From: Carcharhinus longimanus
Taxonomy: Eukaryota
Direction: 5' to 3'
NCBI GenBank assembly: GCA_030264375.1
Contig: JASCQW010000119.1
Span: 8,305,190 to 8,369,189 of the forward strand
DNA length: 64,000 nucleotides
The position numbers and the translations under genes are program-made. Positions 13,441 to 25,011 of this stretch are shown piece after piece. The notes beneath the pieces were generated by a model that saw only the letters and a program-made list of their open reading frames with translations, searched no databases and was not told the DNA's origin. Numbering within the stretch: the first letter of the stretch is position 1; the number at the start of each line of letters is the position of its first letter.

Positions 13441-14075
13441 ACCATTTGCATTCTCTCTATGCTATCCAATTGAGGCCGTTGCTGCACTGTAATAAGAATA
13501 ATTATTGGCAATTGTGCTTATTTTAGAATTCCCAGATTCTGCATAATTTCATTGTAATATTGTTCACCTCTTTTCATTCTGGGATAATCAACTTACTAAA
13601 TATTGGAAACTGAGAAAAATGTATTTCTCAAAAAAACAATTATTTCATTCCATTGCAAAATTAGTTCATTCCAACAACGACTAGTAGCAAATAGCAGCGC
13701 AGGCCATACCTCAGTCTTTTTTTTCAGAATTAAATCATGTATCAACATGCCTATGTTTTTTTTTTCTCTCCACGTAAAACTGACGTATTTGAATGAAAAC
13801 CTGACTTAGTGCCGATGTCTTATATCTATTTCGAAGTAGTAATTTGCTTTATTAATATGAAGAGGTATTGGAGTGTGTTCAATTTGAACACAATTTTGCA
13901 TCTGCAGATTACTTCCGACACTCCATAGACCATGTGCATCCCCTGTATACTATCCAATTGAGGCCATTGCTGCATTGTAATAAGAATAATTATTGGCAAT
14001 TGTACTTATTTTAGAATTTCCAGATTCTGCACTATTTCATTGTAATATGTTCACGTCTTCTCATTCTGGGGTAAT
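13441..14075 (+). repeat. Direct duplication of about 145 bp (13441-13588 and 13929-14075)
   Basis: ctatccaattgaggcc(g/a)ttgctgca(c/t)tgtaataagaataattattggcaattgt...tcattctggg occurs twice. Confidence 0.92.
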
Positions 14076-14094
14076 TTTATTTTACTGCACGTAG

Positions 14095-14130
14095 ATCTAA
14101 AAGACTGGGAAAAATCACTGAATAATTTAG
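14095..14130 (+). CDS. Micro-exon E5 (36 nt); HLKDWEKSLNNL
   Basis: ttttactgcacgtag|ATCTAAAAGACTGGGAAAAATCACTGAATAATTTAG|gtgaga. Confidence 0.78.
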
Positions 14131-14329
14131 GTGAGATGACCAAACGTTTTCCCAGTTTATTTTTTTCAAATCAATTATTTGTTTTCATATCTCAATCGAA
14201 TTTGCTTCACCGAGTTTGAAAAAGCGATTTTTTTTTTTGCAATTTCAGTCGCCATTAGTTGTCTGTTATCAAATGATATTAACATGGTAACACCTAACAT
14301 CTCAAAATTCAAGTCACATTTACTACATG

Positions 14330-16260
14330 TTTACATATCCTTGGCAGTGCTTGCCCTCAAAGCCAAGTACAAACCATTGTATAAATGTTTCGTCGACGCC
14401 AATATCTAAATCACCGATACATTAAATATCCGATTTACCTTCGGTGAGTCTTTTGTACCTCAGGATCCCATCTGAGAAAGCTTACAGTCTGGATCTCTGA
14501 TTCAGATTTGTAAGTCCTGCCTTTCTCGGGCCACATGGTCTTCGCAGATCCAGATGATAAGTTTCCTTTTCCACCGTTCCATTTCTCCAGTGCGCAATGG
14601 ATGTATTCAATTCCACGACAGTATTCAGAGTAGAGAGGAGCCTACTAAGACATATATGTTCTCCTCCACCAGTGGGGCGGTTGATAATTTTGTCAGGGTC
14701 TGCATACATATTTGACGAAGTATAATGTTTCCGCCCACTTCCTATCATTCTATTTGCAACGTGCATGTATCACCTGTCATAATCACATGATCATATCCTT
14801 GCCATCGCAGTTGGAGACTATTATGCTCCAGTCCTACATTTGCAGTGTTAGCGCGAGTGGGCGAACACGACCACTACGGACTCAGGGTGAGGTTCAACAG
14901 CGGTACAGCGTTATCTTGTTTTACGTCGACGGAGGTGCAGTCAGGGCATACAAACCGAACTGTCCCGAAAGCACTCTAAAGATCCGTCTCAATGGGCTAC
15001 AGTTATAACTGAACCTGATACATTGTACAATTCAAATGCTAATGTTGTGTTTACAGTATTCGATTCTGACCACCCTGTTTCGATGTCTTCTAGTATTGTA
15101 ACGATGTTTTTAAGCGTGTGTTAATCGTTTCTGTCTGATGGGCTTATTCATGGTCTAGAATCTCCGAGGTTTGAACAATGGGTGTTTGACTATTCTCAGT
15201 AAGTTTGTGGGGCCAAGGATGCTTCCTTCGTGATGCTAATCCTTAGATGTCTCCATAGAGTTTTGCTTGATTAGATCAGAGATGTTGATTTAGTTGGATG
15301 GGGGTGTATTTTTTAATTTTGTTCCTGTAAGTGACATCCTGTCCGGTTCCGTTTGTGTGCTAGCCCTTATTTGCATTCTAAAAGCACGTGCTTGCCTGCT
15401 CGTCTGTACCTGTTCCCTTGTGACCTTTAGTGGGGAGGCTCTGAATGCAACTTTAGTCTGCTTCCATCTTGTGTCCCCAATTTCATAAAATGTGTTGTCC
15501 GATAACAGCAGTCATCTTCTGGACAAGTTCTGGTATACCCGATTATTAAACTTGCAGTCCGCTCTGCAAATACTGCCCTGGCGATCAGTCTCCAATTTCT
15601 TTCTTTACCCAATATTTCACTCAATTCTTTAAAGTAACTTTGGCTCCTGCATCCACGTGTTACTGCATTTGTTCCCGCTCCTTGATTTCTCATAAGGGAT
15701 TAATCGGCCCTGTATAACGGGTCCAATCCACTGTTTCTTCTTTCCCCATAATAACTAGTAAATATTTCTGTGCTTTGTCATGGGAGTAACAGACTTATAA
15801 AATTCGTTCCCAATTCCCTCTGAGAAAAGGTTGGTGATTGCTAATTTGTTAATGGCATTTCCCGGGTTGTTCTCGACAAACGTAGCACACTGTTTGAAAG
15901 ATGTGCAGTTTTCATTCCCAGTCGTTTCACCACCAGCACCGACCCATCATATCTACCAAATTGATCTGTCTGATATGTCACTTTCTGTAGTGAATGCTCA
16001 GAAATAATATTATGATGCTTCTTGGTGTGACCAACTTCCCTTTGGTCCAATTTTTAATTTCACGCCAGATTATTCCTCTAGTAGTGCGCATATTTAAAAC
16101 TTTTCCTTTAATAAATCTTTGTAAGCACTTCCAAACAATTAAATTTGTCTGTTGGAGAGTGATCGCTTGCATATCAGTTATTTCATATGTAACTCGTGTA
16201 TATTTTAACAGTAGCCCAATATCATGTGAACACGTCCTTGGCCCTCAGGTGACCTGATCA
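14330..16260 (-). mobile_element. Decayed retrovirus-like integrase (plus possible env start), interrupted by a solo LTR
   Basis: Minus-strand translation: H...H..WW...CYVCREQPGK (HHCC zinc finger), HQPFLRGNWERI, KYLLVI, LIPYE, and after the LTR SLQLRWQGYDHVIMTGDTC (PRWxGPxxV-like); stops, frameshifts and a deleted DDE core. Confidence 0.65.
14846..15507 (-). mobile_element. Solo LTR (662 bp) with 4-bp TSD GCAG
   Basis: gcag|TGTTAG...TAACA|gcag; reverse-complement homologue of 22597-23264. Confidence 0.9.
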
Positions 16261-16284
16261 AAATATTTTGAAGTTTTAGAAGAC

Positions 16285-17060
16285 AAGACCGTAAGACATA
16301 GGAACAAAATTTAGCCACTCGGCCCATTGAGTCTGTTCCGCCATTCATTTATGGCAGATACTTTATTATATCCCCATTGCCCTGCTTTATCCCAATAGTC
16401 CTTGATCCTTTTATTAATAAAGAACATTTCTATCTCAATCGTAAATTCACCCAATGACTTGGCCTCCACACCCTTCTGTAACAATAAGTTCACAGAATCA
16501 CCACTCGCTGGTTGAAGACACTGTTCTTCATCACTGTTATAACGTACTGTCCCTTTAGCCTGAGGTTTTGCCGTCTGTTTCTCGTTTTGTTTTCCTCTTA
16601 GTGGAAGCATCCTCTCAACATCCACTCTATCAAGATGTCACAGTATCCTGCAACTTTCAATAAGATCCCCGCTCATCCTTCTAAACTCCAACGAGTACAG
16701 ACCCATATTCCTCAACCGTCATACGACAAATTCATAATTCCAGGGAGCATTTTCTGGAAAATTTTCAAAGCCATCGCATCCTTCCTGAGATATTGGGCCC
16801 GAACTTGCTTACAATACTTCATATGGGATCTCACCAGAGTCTTATATGGCCTCAGTATTACATCCCTGCGCTTGCATACTCGCCCTTTCGATATGAATGC
16901 GTACACTGCATTTGCCTTCCAAATTGCCAGCTGAACTTGTATATTAACCTTAACAGAATCTTGAAAGGTGACTCCAAAGCCCCTTTGTGTTTCTTATTTC
17001 CTAAACATTTTATCATTTAGAAAATAGTCTCTGCCTCCATTCCCTCTTCCACAGTGTACA
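16285..17060 (-). mobile_element. CR1 LINE 3' part
   Basis: ORF 16712-16906 AFISKG..KRRDVILRPYKTLVRSHMKYCKQVRAQYLRKD; 3' tail agaccgtaagacataggaac. Confidence 0.9.
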
Positions 17061-20000
17061 ACTTAGTCACATCGAGTGTTGTTGGTGCACGTGGCACTGT
17101 TGGCGGCCAATGTATCAGATTTTGTTCTCTAAAAATTCACAAATATGAGCACAAATATCATGAAGAAATACCGACCAATTTATCCACCCGTCCATACTTT
17201 GTTTTCACCAGAAAATACATCAGTGTGAAGTCTAAGTATTTCAATGATCTGAATTACAATCAATGTTCTAATTTCCATCTACTTTCGAATTCCTTGTAAC
17301 TTTTTTTTTAATTGCATAATGCCATTCTGCTTGTTTCATAAAAAAAAACAGAAATCATCATTTTATACTTTTGTATGGATGTTAACCTATTTGAATTTGT
17401 CTGCCGTGGAGAATATTATTGTAAATGTAGCTTGCTAAAAAACATATTTATCCTTCATCAGAATTGTCTTAAATATCAAACAACAGCGCTGTGTGCTTTC
17501 AAATCCCCATTAGTTCCTATTTTATCTCTTAAACATATGTGTGCTTAGAACTATCGTTATCAATTTAACTGTCCCATTTTCTTTAAGTCTTCTTTTTGTA
17601 TTTTTTTTCCAATATGGTCGTTCTCATTACGATCAAGTGAATGTCATCAATAATTCCCTTCTACGCGATTCAAATACTGACTACCTTGTTTTTTTGCTCT
17701 CCATTCACACGACTGTTGCACTTTGACCAATAGGGTCACACCAGCTGTCCCATACTATTACTCTGTTCAATTCCAACCATCTCATTTGCACATCATATGT
17801 GTGTTCCTTTCCTTCAATGTTCATCTATCACACTAATTCATTTCCGTTTTGTCTAATTATAAAACGCTGCACTGTTGCTCGCAGTGGCAGGCTTTCCAGT
17901 TGATCGCACCACAAGCCGGTCTGGTATTCGTTTTTCCCGATCTTCAGAATTCACATCGCATTGTGTACTGTGATCAGTTACTTTCCCGTGATTTGAATTG
18001 GTTCACTTAATCTGTCTGCCCATGATGAAACATCCACGGCTTTATTGCAAAAAAAAAACTCAAGTATCTTCAATTTGCAGTTATCAGTCACAAAACTGAC
18101 AATAACAACCAAAAAAGCTTGCAGCAGAATGAATGAGTTCATCTGAACATACCTGACAGTTCACTATCAAAATATTTTAGTTCCAATTCCTGGAAATTTA
18201 AATACATCTTCAGCTGCCTCTGCTCCTCTCAACAGGGATTGAGTCAAATTACTCAAATAAACATCATTACATCATCACTCTTTTAATTTCACACCTAACA
18301 AACAATGGGGACCTAATTCTAGGGTTCTATTTTCATTGCCAATTCTTGCCAACCTGACAAGAAGTTTTGATTCAAGATCAATGCAACATAGAGATTTCAC
18401 AATAACTTCAAATCAATCAAGTTTTAATTAACCCTAACAAATTAAGGGAATCACATTTGTACAGTTGTTTCATATTCCTCCCACCTGCTCACATATCTTG
18501 TCATAATTTCCTTCTCATAAATGTGTCATTATGTGCGAATGAAAGCACGAGTTCCAGAGAGATGTACAATCAGGTCATCTGGTTGCAGAAATTGTTAACT
18601 TTTGTACAAAACTCAAACAGAACTTAGCACGCAATATAATCACAGCCCATATTATTTTATACAAGTCACTCCCAGTTCATAAAGTGACAGCACCATGCAG
18701 CTAAACTTCAGTGCCTGATAAACTTCTTCAGCTTTATTTCCAACACACAGCACAAAGTTACAATTTTAAAGGCAGACGACTCTACTGGAGATGGATATAA
18801 ATCGGTTACATTTCAAGTTTTACTATTCTTATAACTGCAGTGCGGCTTAGTCAAAATGAATAAAGCGCAAGCTGTTTCTCCTCCCCATTCCTCAAAATAT
18901 GCCTTCTGGTTGACGGACTTTATGGCTTTCTGCATTATCGACTTACCGCCTTTTAACATATCACATTTCCTGTTTACTGCCTTTTGCAGCTTACAGCTTT
19001 TTCGGCTTTGCCTTTTTTAGTTTTCTCCGTGGTCCGTTCTCTTTGAACACGCTGCACGCTCATAGCTTATCACGGTTGGATCGACCCCCGAAAACTCCCT
19101 TTGACTGGTTTAATCTGGGCTCGAGTTTCACTCCCTAAATATGTTACTACAGCAGGGTTTGCAATAGTACAGCTCAGAGTGTCAATCAGACGATATATAC
19201 TCACATTTATCCCCAGCTTGCTTGAGTCATATCTTCCTCCAAAATTGTCGTGCGCCGTGATTTCAGCCTTCTAACTGAACACAAATTAGCTCTTCGAGTA
19301 ACTAGGCAAGTGACACATTTCTGTTAGATCAAGTGTTTATATACAATCTATAGAAAGAGCGCTGGGGAGGTACAGTTCAGATCCATGTAGCTAATAAGGC
19401 TGATATATTTCGAATACAAATGCAATAAAACTTTTCAAAATCAATTGCAGGCAATTACAATAAGTCAAACACAATCATTTTATGTTTAATTTCTTATAAT
19501 ATCCAATTAGCGTGAAAACTTCATAGTACAGATCGTTGCGTTATCAGTGGATCTCTCCCATATTCCAGCTACGGATGACAGGTTTATATTCTTTGCCAGA
19601 CTAATGGCCTTGGTCTGTCTGTGAATGATCTTTGAAGAATACCTTGGTCTATGAGCCTGCGTGATTTATAAACTTCGGTGATTATTAACCCTATCATACA
19701 CTATCAGCGTGCTCAGTTATGACATTTATTCGAGGCAATTGCATAAATTTGGTGTATTGCTTTCATTGGTGTTATATTGTATGATATTTATAGGATGAAT
19801 AATCCAGTCGCGTATAATTCCTGGTTGTACTTAAGAATGTGTGTGCAACNNNNNNNNNNNNNNNNNNNNNNNNNNNNNNNNNNNNNNNNNNNNNNNNNNN
19901 NNNNNNNNNNNNNNNNNNNNNNNNNNNNNNNNNNNNNNNNNNNNNNNNNNNNNNNNNNNNNNNNNNNNNNNNNNNNNNNNNNNNNNNNNNNNNNNNNNNN

Positions 20001-20500
20001 NNNNNNNNNNNNNNNNNNNNNNNNNNNNNNNNNNNNNNNNNNNNNNNNNNNNNNNNNNNNNNNNNNNNNNNNNNNNNNNNNNNNNNNNNNNNNNNNNNNN
20101 NNNNNNNNNNNNNNNNNNNNNNNNNNNNNNNNNNNNNNNNNNNNNNNNNNNNNNNAAAGGGCGAGGTTTCATTAACATATTTTAACTATATTTTATTTTT
20201 ATTTTTGTTTGCTCGGTTTGAGCATTGATAAGCCTCGCAGTAATATTCAGTTATGTGCATTTGATTCATACATGTGTTTGCTCCTTAATCGATGCCTGAT
20301 TGCATATTATAAGTATGTACGGTTTATATTATGTTTTTTTTTTATTTGGGGCATCAAAAATAACTGCAGCTGACGTCCATTGTCATGTCAATACAAGTCT
20401 ATCACACTTAATTGATTCATATCTGTTTTGACTAATTGAATCGCTAATGCTACTTTTCTTGTTTTTTATTTCTCTCCCCACCACCGCCCCACCCCATCAG

Positions 20501-20527
20501 AAGAAAAACAGAAAGCTCAACAAAAAG
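20501..20527 (+). CDS. Micro-exon E6 (27 nt); EEKQKAQQK
   Basis: pyrimidine-rich tract...accccatcag|AAGAAAAACAGAAAGCTCAACAAAAAG|gttaat (weaker donor). Confidence 0.6.
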
Positions 20528-21729
20528 GTTAATTTTCACAAATATAAAGTAGCAAATTTTAAAGATGCAGCCAGTGTCATATTGGTCTAAAGTCGCATGG
20601 GCTTTAGAAATTGCCACATGGTTATTTTGTCTGACAAGCCTTCATTTATGCAGTGTTCAACAAATATGTAGGAGTGACATGTTCATCTGTAACGAAGTTA
20701 AACCAACAGCTCTGTCCATTTGAAGCTAAATATACGTCTTCAAATCAAAGGCTAAATTTAAGCCATATATACGCACACGGATAATTGGACATATGCCACA
20801 TTCGTGATGCAAAAAGCTAAAATGCTGGGTTGTAAAAGCGACTGTAAAAAGATGTTAAATAGATATGTCGCAGGAGGAGGATCAAGAGATCAGGGGACTG
20901 ATTCGGATGGAGAGACAGACAATAGGGGAGATTGGAATGTTTGGTATATATTGTGTTATGTTATCTCACTTCTGTTTCCGATTATTTGAAAATTTGGAAC
21001 AAATATTGCGATAATGTCGTCTCAGTTCAGCTCACTTCATTGAATAAGGAAGATTTTTGCGTTTGATGCCCAAATTGCAACACTCACAATATTTATCTCT
21101 AATAAAACGGAAAATTAAACAGAAGATAAGACGTGCGACCATCTGCATGGGACATACGTAGAATTGCTGCCCGACGGTATGCTAAATCTCGTAAATTATA
21201 CTTTGAAATATACAGATATACTCTAAAATTGCAAACAAAAAAACAGATGTTCGGCGGAATATTTGTCAAATGAAAATTCTCAGTGAGCGAAATTAATCAT
21301 GGAAATAAAATATCATGTGTGGTGCCCCAAAAAGTGCAAGCACGAATTACAAAGCTAATATGAAGACAGCATAAATGCCAGGAAGCGCCTTCAACGAAGT
21401 AATTGGAAGACGGAAAAATATGATGCAGCTATAGTTGTCTGGATACATTGGAGTCAGCAATTCAATGTACGTCCACAAAGTGTTGAGTAAATATCATTTC
21501 CATCGTAAAAGATACAGAATTCGATTTCGACAGATAACAAATCATGCGAGGGCTGGAACGAAAATACAGGATTCAGTAACGACAATTCTACACGACAAAG
21601 TGAAATTGATATAACAGTTCTAACAGCTAAGAAGCGCCTGAACGCGAGCCAATGTGTGTTTTACACTCCAATGACGACTGTGGATGAGCAGGGGGTAGAA
21701 TAAGGTGTGCGGCATCATGGCAGATTGAT

Positions 21730-22040
21730 TAGCCATGCTGCTTCTCATCTCGGGGCTCCCGTATTCAATTCCTGCGTAGAGTGACTGGCGTGGAATTCGC
21801 ATTGCCTCCCGTGCATCATGTGGATTGTTCTGGATGCTCCGTTTGCTCCGACAAACCAAACACATGCAAGTTAGGTCGATTACCCACACAATTTCTTTCT
21901 TAGTTTCCCAATATATGTAGACTAGATTGAATAGGGCTGGCGAAAGAATGGGATTGGAGTGATTGCGGGTCAAGGCTTGCGTAAAATATGCTTTCAAATT
22001 ATAGTTGGATACTCGATTGAACGAATGGCCTCATCAGCAC
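21730..22040 (+). mobile_element. HE1-like SINE
   Basis: ttcaattcc...gtggaattcgcattgcctcccgtg...gctccgttt...catgcaagttaggtcgatt...gaatggcctc. Confidence 0.65.
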
Positions 22041-22596
22041 GAAAGGAAATACTTAATTATTTGTAAAGTTTTTTTTTAAGTAAATTATAATGTAATACCA
22101 GACAGCTGAGCCTTGGACATTGAAAGTGTCACTGATGCACGGGCACCAGCTGCACCGGCATGGAGCTTACTCCTGTTCCAGAGATCGACACTGTCGTTCC
22201 AGCATTATCACGAATGAGAGGCTGATGTGAGAATGTCACACATTTAATATGCATGATAATGCTTCAACAAGGTTTTTGTTTTTCTCTGGACAAATCCGGT
22301 ATGACTGGAAAAAGTGCAGTAGATGCTGAGAGGGCAGGTGATTTTTTTTTTGCCATGCAAGCGTTTATTTAGCAGAAAGCTCACCGTGCTTTGATTAAAT
22401 TAAGACGTCGAGTTATTTAGACACGCAGACTAGTGCATTACTAGAAATGGAAGCAGCTAAACTGTTAGTAGATAGAAACAAAACAGTTCTGCTTTTATTT
22501 TTGCTCCGAAGGACATTTGCACAATGTAGTTGGATAACGACAGAAACCTCGAGCCGATCTCTCTGTGTCTCCCTCTCTCTGTCTCTGTCTCTGTCT

Positions 22597-23264
22597 TGTT
22601 AGAGGACAACACATTTCTGAAATTAGGTGTATAATATGAAACAGGCTAAACTGTACTCAGAACTCCTCCATACAAGATCACAAACGAACAGATCAATACA
22701 AGCAGGCAAAATGCACGCTTTTAAAGTGCAAATAAGGTCGAACACACAAAGTGAACCGGACAGGATGGCACCAACGGAAACTAAATAAAAAGTACACCCT
22801 CAACTAATCAAATCAGCACCACTAACCTAATCAAGTGATATCAGGAAGCCTCTATCGAAACACATAAGGAGAGGATTAACATAACTAAGGAAGCCTTCTT
22901 GGCCTCGAAAGACTCCCTGAGATCAGCCAAACACCCATTGTTCAAGAAACCCCCGAGATTCCGGACCATTGATAAACCCATCAGACAGAAAGGATTACAA
23001 CACTTAAAACATCGATACTGTACTTGAACACATCGAAGCACAATGGTCAGAGTCAAACACTGTAAACAAAACATTAACATTTGAGTCATACAACGTGTCA
23101 AAGTTCGAGTATAACTAGTCCATTGCGGTGGGCATGCAGAGTGCTTGAGGGACAGTGTTGTTTGTATGTCCTGATTGCACCTCCGTCGACGTTAAATAAA
23201 GCTGTACCTCTGTGGAAGCTGATTCTGAGTCCGTAGTGGTCGTGTTCGCCCGCTCGCGCTAACA
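22597..23264 (+). mobile_element. Solo LTR (668 bp) with 4-bp TSD GTCT, inserted in a CT-rich microsatellite
   Basis: gtct|TGTTAG...AATAAA...CTAACA|gtct; perfect 6-bp terminal inverted repeat and a polyA signal near the 3' end. Confidence 0.92.
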
Positions 23265-25011
23265 GTCTCTCTCTCTCTTTCGGTCTGTCTCTCTGAAAAC
23301 GCATTCCCGAATGTTCCAAAGTTGATGGTCCAAGTCAAAGACAAAGTCAAGGCAGCGTGTGCCTGAAATCGCTTAGTGGTTTTGTAGTTCGCTTATGTCT
23401 TTGTAATAAGTATTGCGTAACCTGACCTGAATTGTAACCCTCGAAGTTGGGAAATGTTTCCGTTTCATGCATTGTTGAAGTATTAACCATTAAACGGTGC
23501 CATTTCGTTAGTGATATGTTGATAATATGTTATAATGAAAGACAAAAAACGATTGTTAAAAAAAACTTAATTTAGCACGCTGAATTCGAAATATCATTCT
23601 CTCACATTCATGCCAAATTGGGGAAAAAATGTTCCTGTCTGGCATCGTAATACACAGTGGCTTCTTTACGCTGGCGTCCAAACAAATATTGGTGTTTCAA
23701 TTCAGGGCTTTATTTTGCATTGTTGAAAGGAAAAAAATGTGGACGTTAAATAATTCGATTTTTTTTTAGCAATCAGGTCTTACAATTGCGTAGTTTATAC
23801 AGTCATTGCATAGAAAACAATTGAATTCTTCAGTGGCCGAAGATTTCCTGAGTCTCAAAGGTTTCACTGGGAGTTGTTTGTAAAAGGTTATTAAAGCAAA
23901 GTTTTTTTTTAGTTTTGAAATCAGTTGCAATTGTACTTTCTTTTCCTGATAGTGTCAGGAAAGGTAAAGCAATTCGGGTGATAGCTCAGTATTTAAATTT
24001 CCCAGAAACACACATTGAAAAATTGTAATTTGCTGTATCCGATTTAACATAAACTTTATCAAGGATTAGAGGTGTAACACTCTGCGATGCAACTAAAAGG
24101 CAAAAATAAAACAATTTCAGAGAGTAACACAGGAGAGTCGCTGATGAATATAAAGTGTGACATTGGCAGAATCTGAAAAAAAAGCAACACGACATTTATG
24201 AAAGACCAGAAAAAAAGTTGAAAGTTTCAACAGAAAATAAAAAGATAAATAAAACTGGAGACCATTTGTACTTACGAACTGAAAAGACATATCCAAATTT
24301 AAATCGCGGAACAGCACACGCTTGAAACTCGAAGACCTGCAAGGAGAACAGTACCGGATTTTGAAATAACGCAGAAATGAAGATACGCGTCATTCAACAA
24401 TTTCAATCTTTGAAGGACAGGAAATGAGAATGAATGATTTTCCCAGATGGTCAAAGCAATATATATGTCCATATAATCGGAGAGAGTAAGGGCAATTGGA
24501 ACCCGATTTTAACATTTTCATTCCAAATGCCGATTCTAGGCGTAGTACGGATCCGACTTAGAATTCCACTTTCAAGGGCCCCGATACGCCCTCAGCCACC
24601 GCCAGTCGGATTCACGCTGTGGGCGGGTTTTAGCGCTGCCGGAAAGATCAGATCTCCGAACCGTGCATGCACAGTTGAAAAGAAAACACAAGCGCGTCCG
24701 TCACATCACTGCCGGCCGCATAATGCCACCCAAGGCCCAATATCCACTGACACACTGATAGTTGTTTGACACCTCCCCCCTCTCCCCTGTCGCTCAGCAT
24801 TGAGACACTTAACCATCACCACAACCCTGAGCCCCCTCCTCCCCAGCAGCACACCAGCAAGTGTTCACTTGCCTTCCCCTCAATGCTAAGAAGCAAACTA
24901 CATGGAACTTGTTAGAATGTTCTTTCAAACTGCCTGCAGCTGATCTGCCCTAACGAAGGACAACTCCATCAGAAAGTCGAAAAAAAATGGACTGGCAGAC
25001 AGTACAGGGCA

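Noticed and set aside
14464-14509. ctcag|...|gtaagt 46-nt exon-like segment
   Set aside because: Frame-shifting length, and it lies inside the antisense retroviral remnant.
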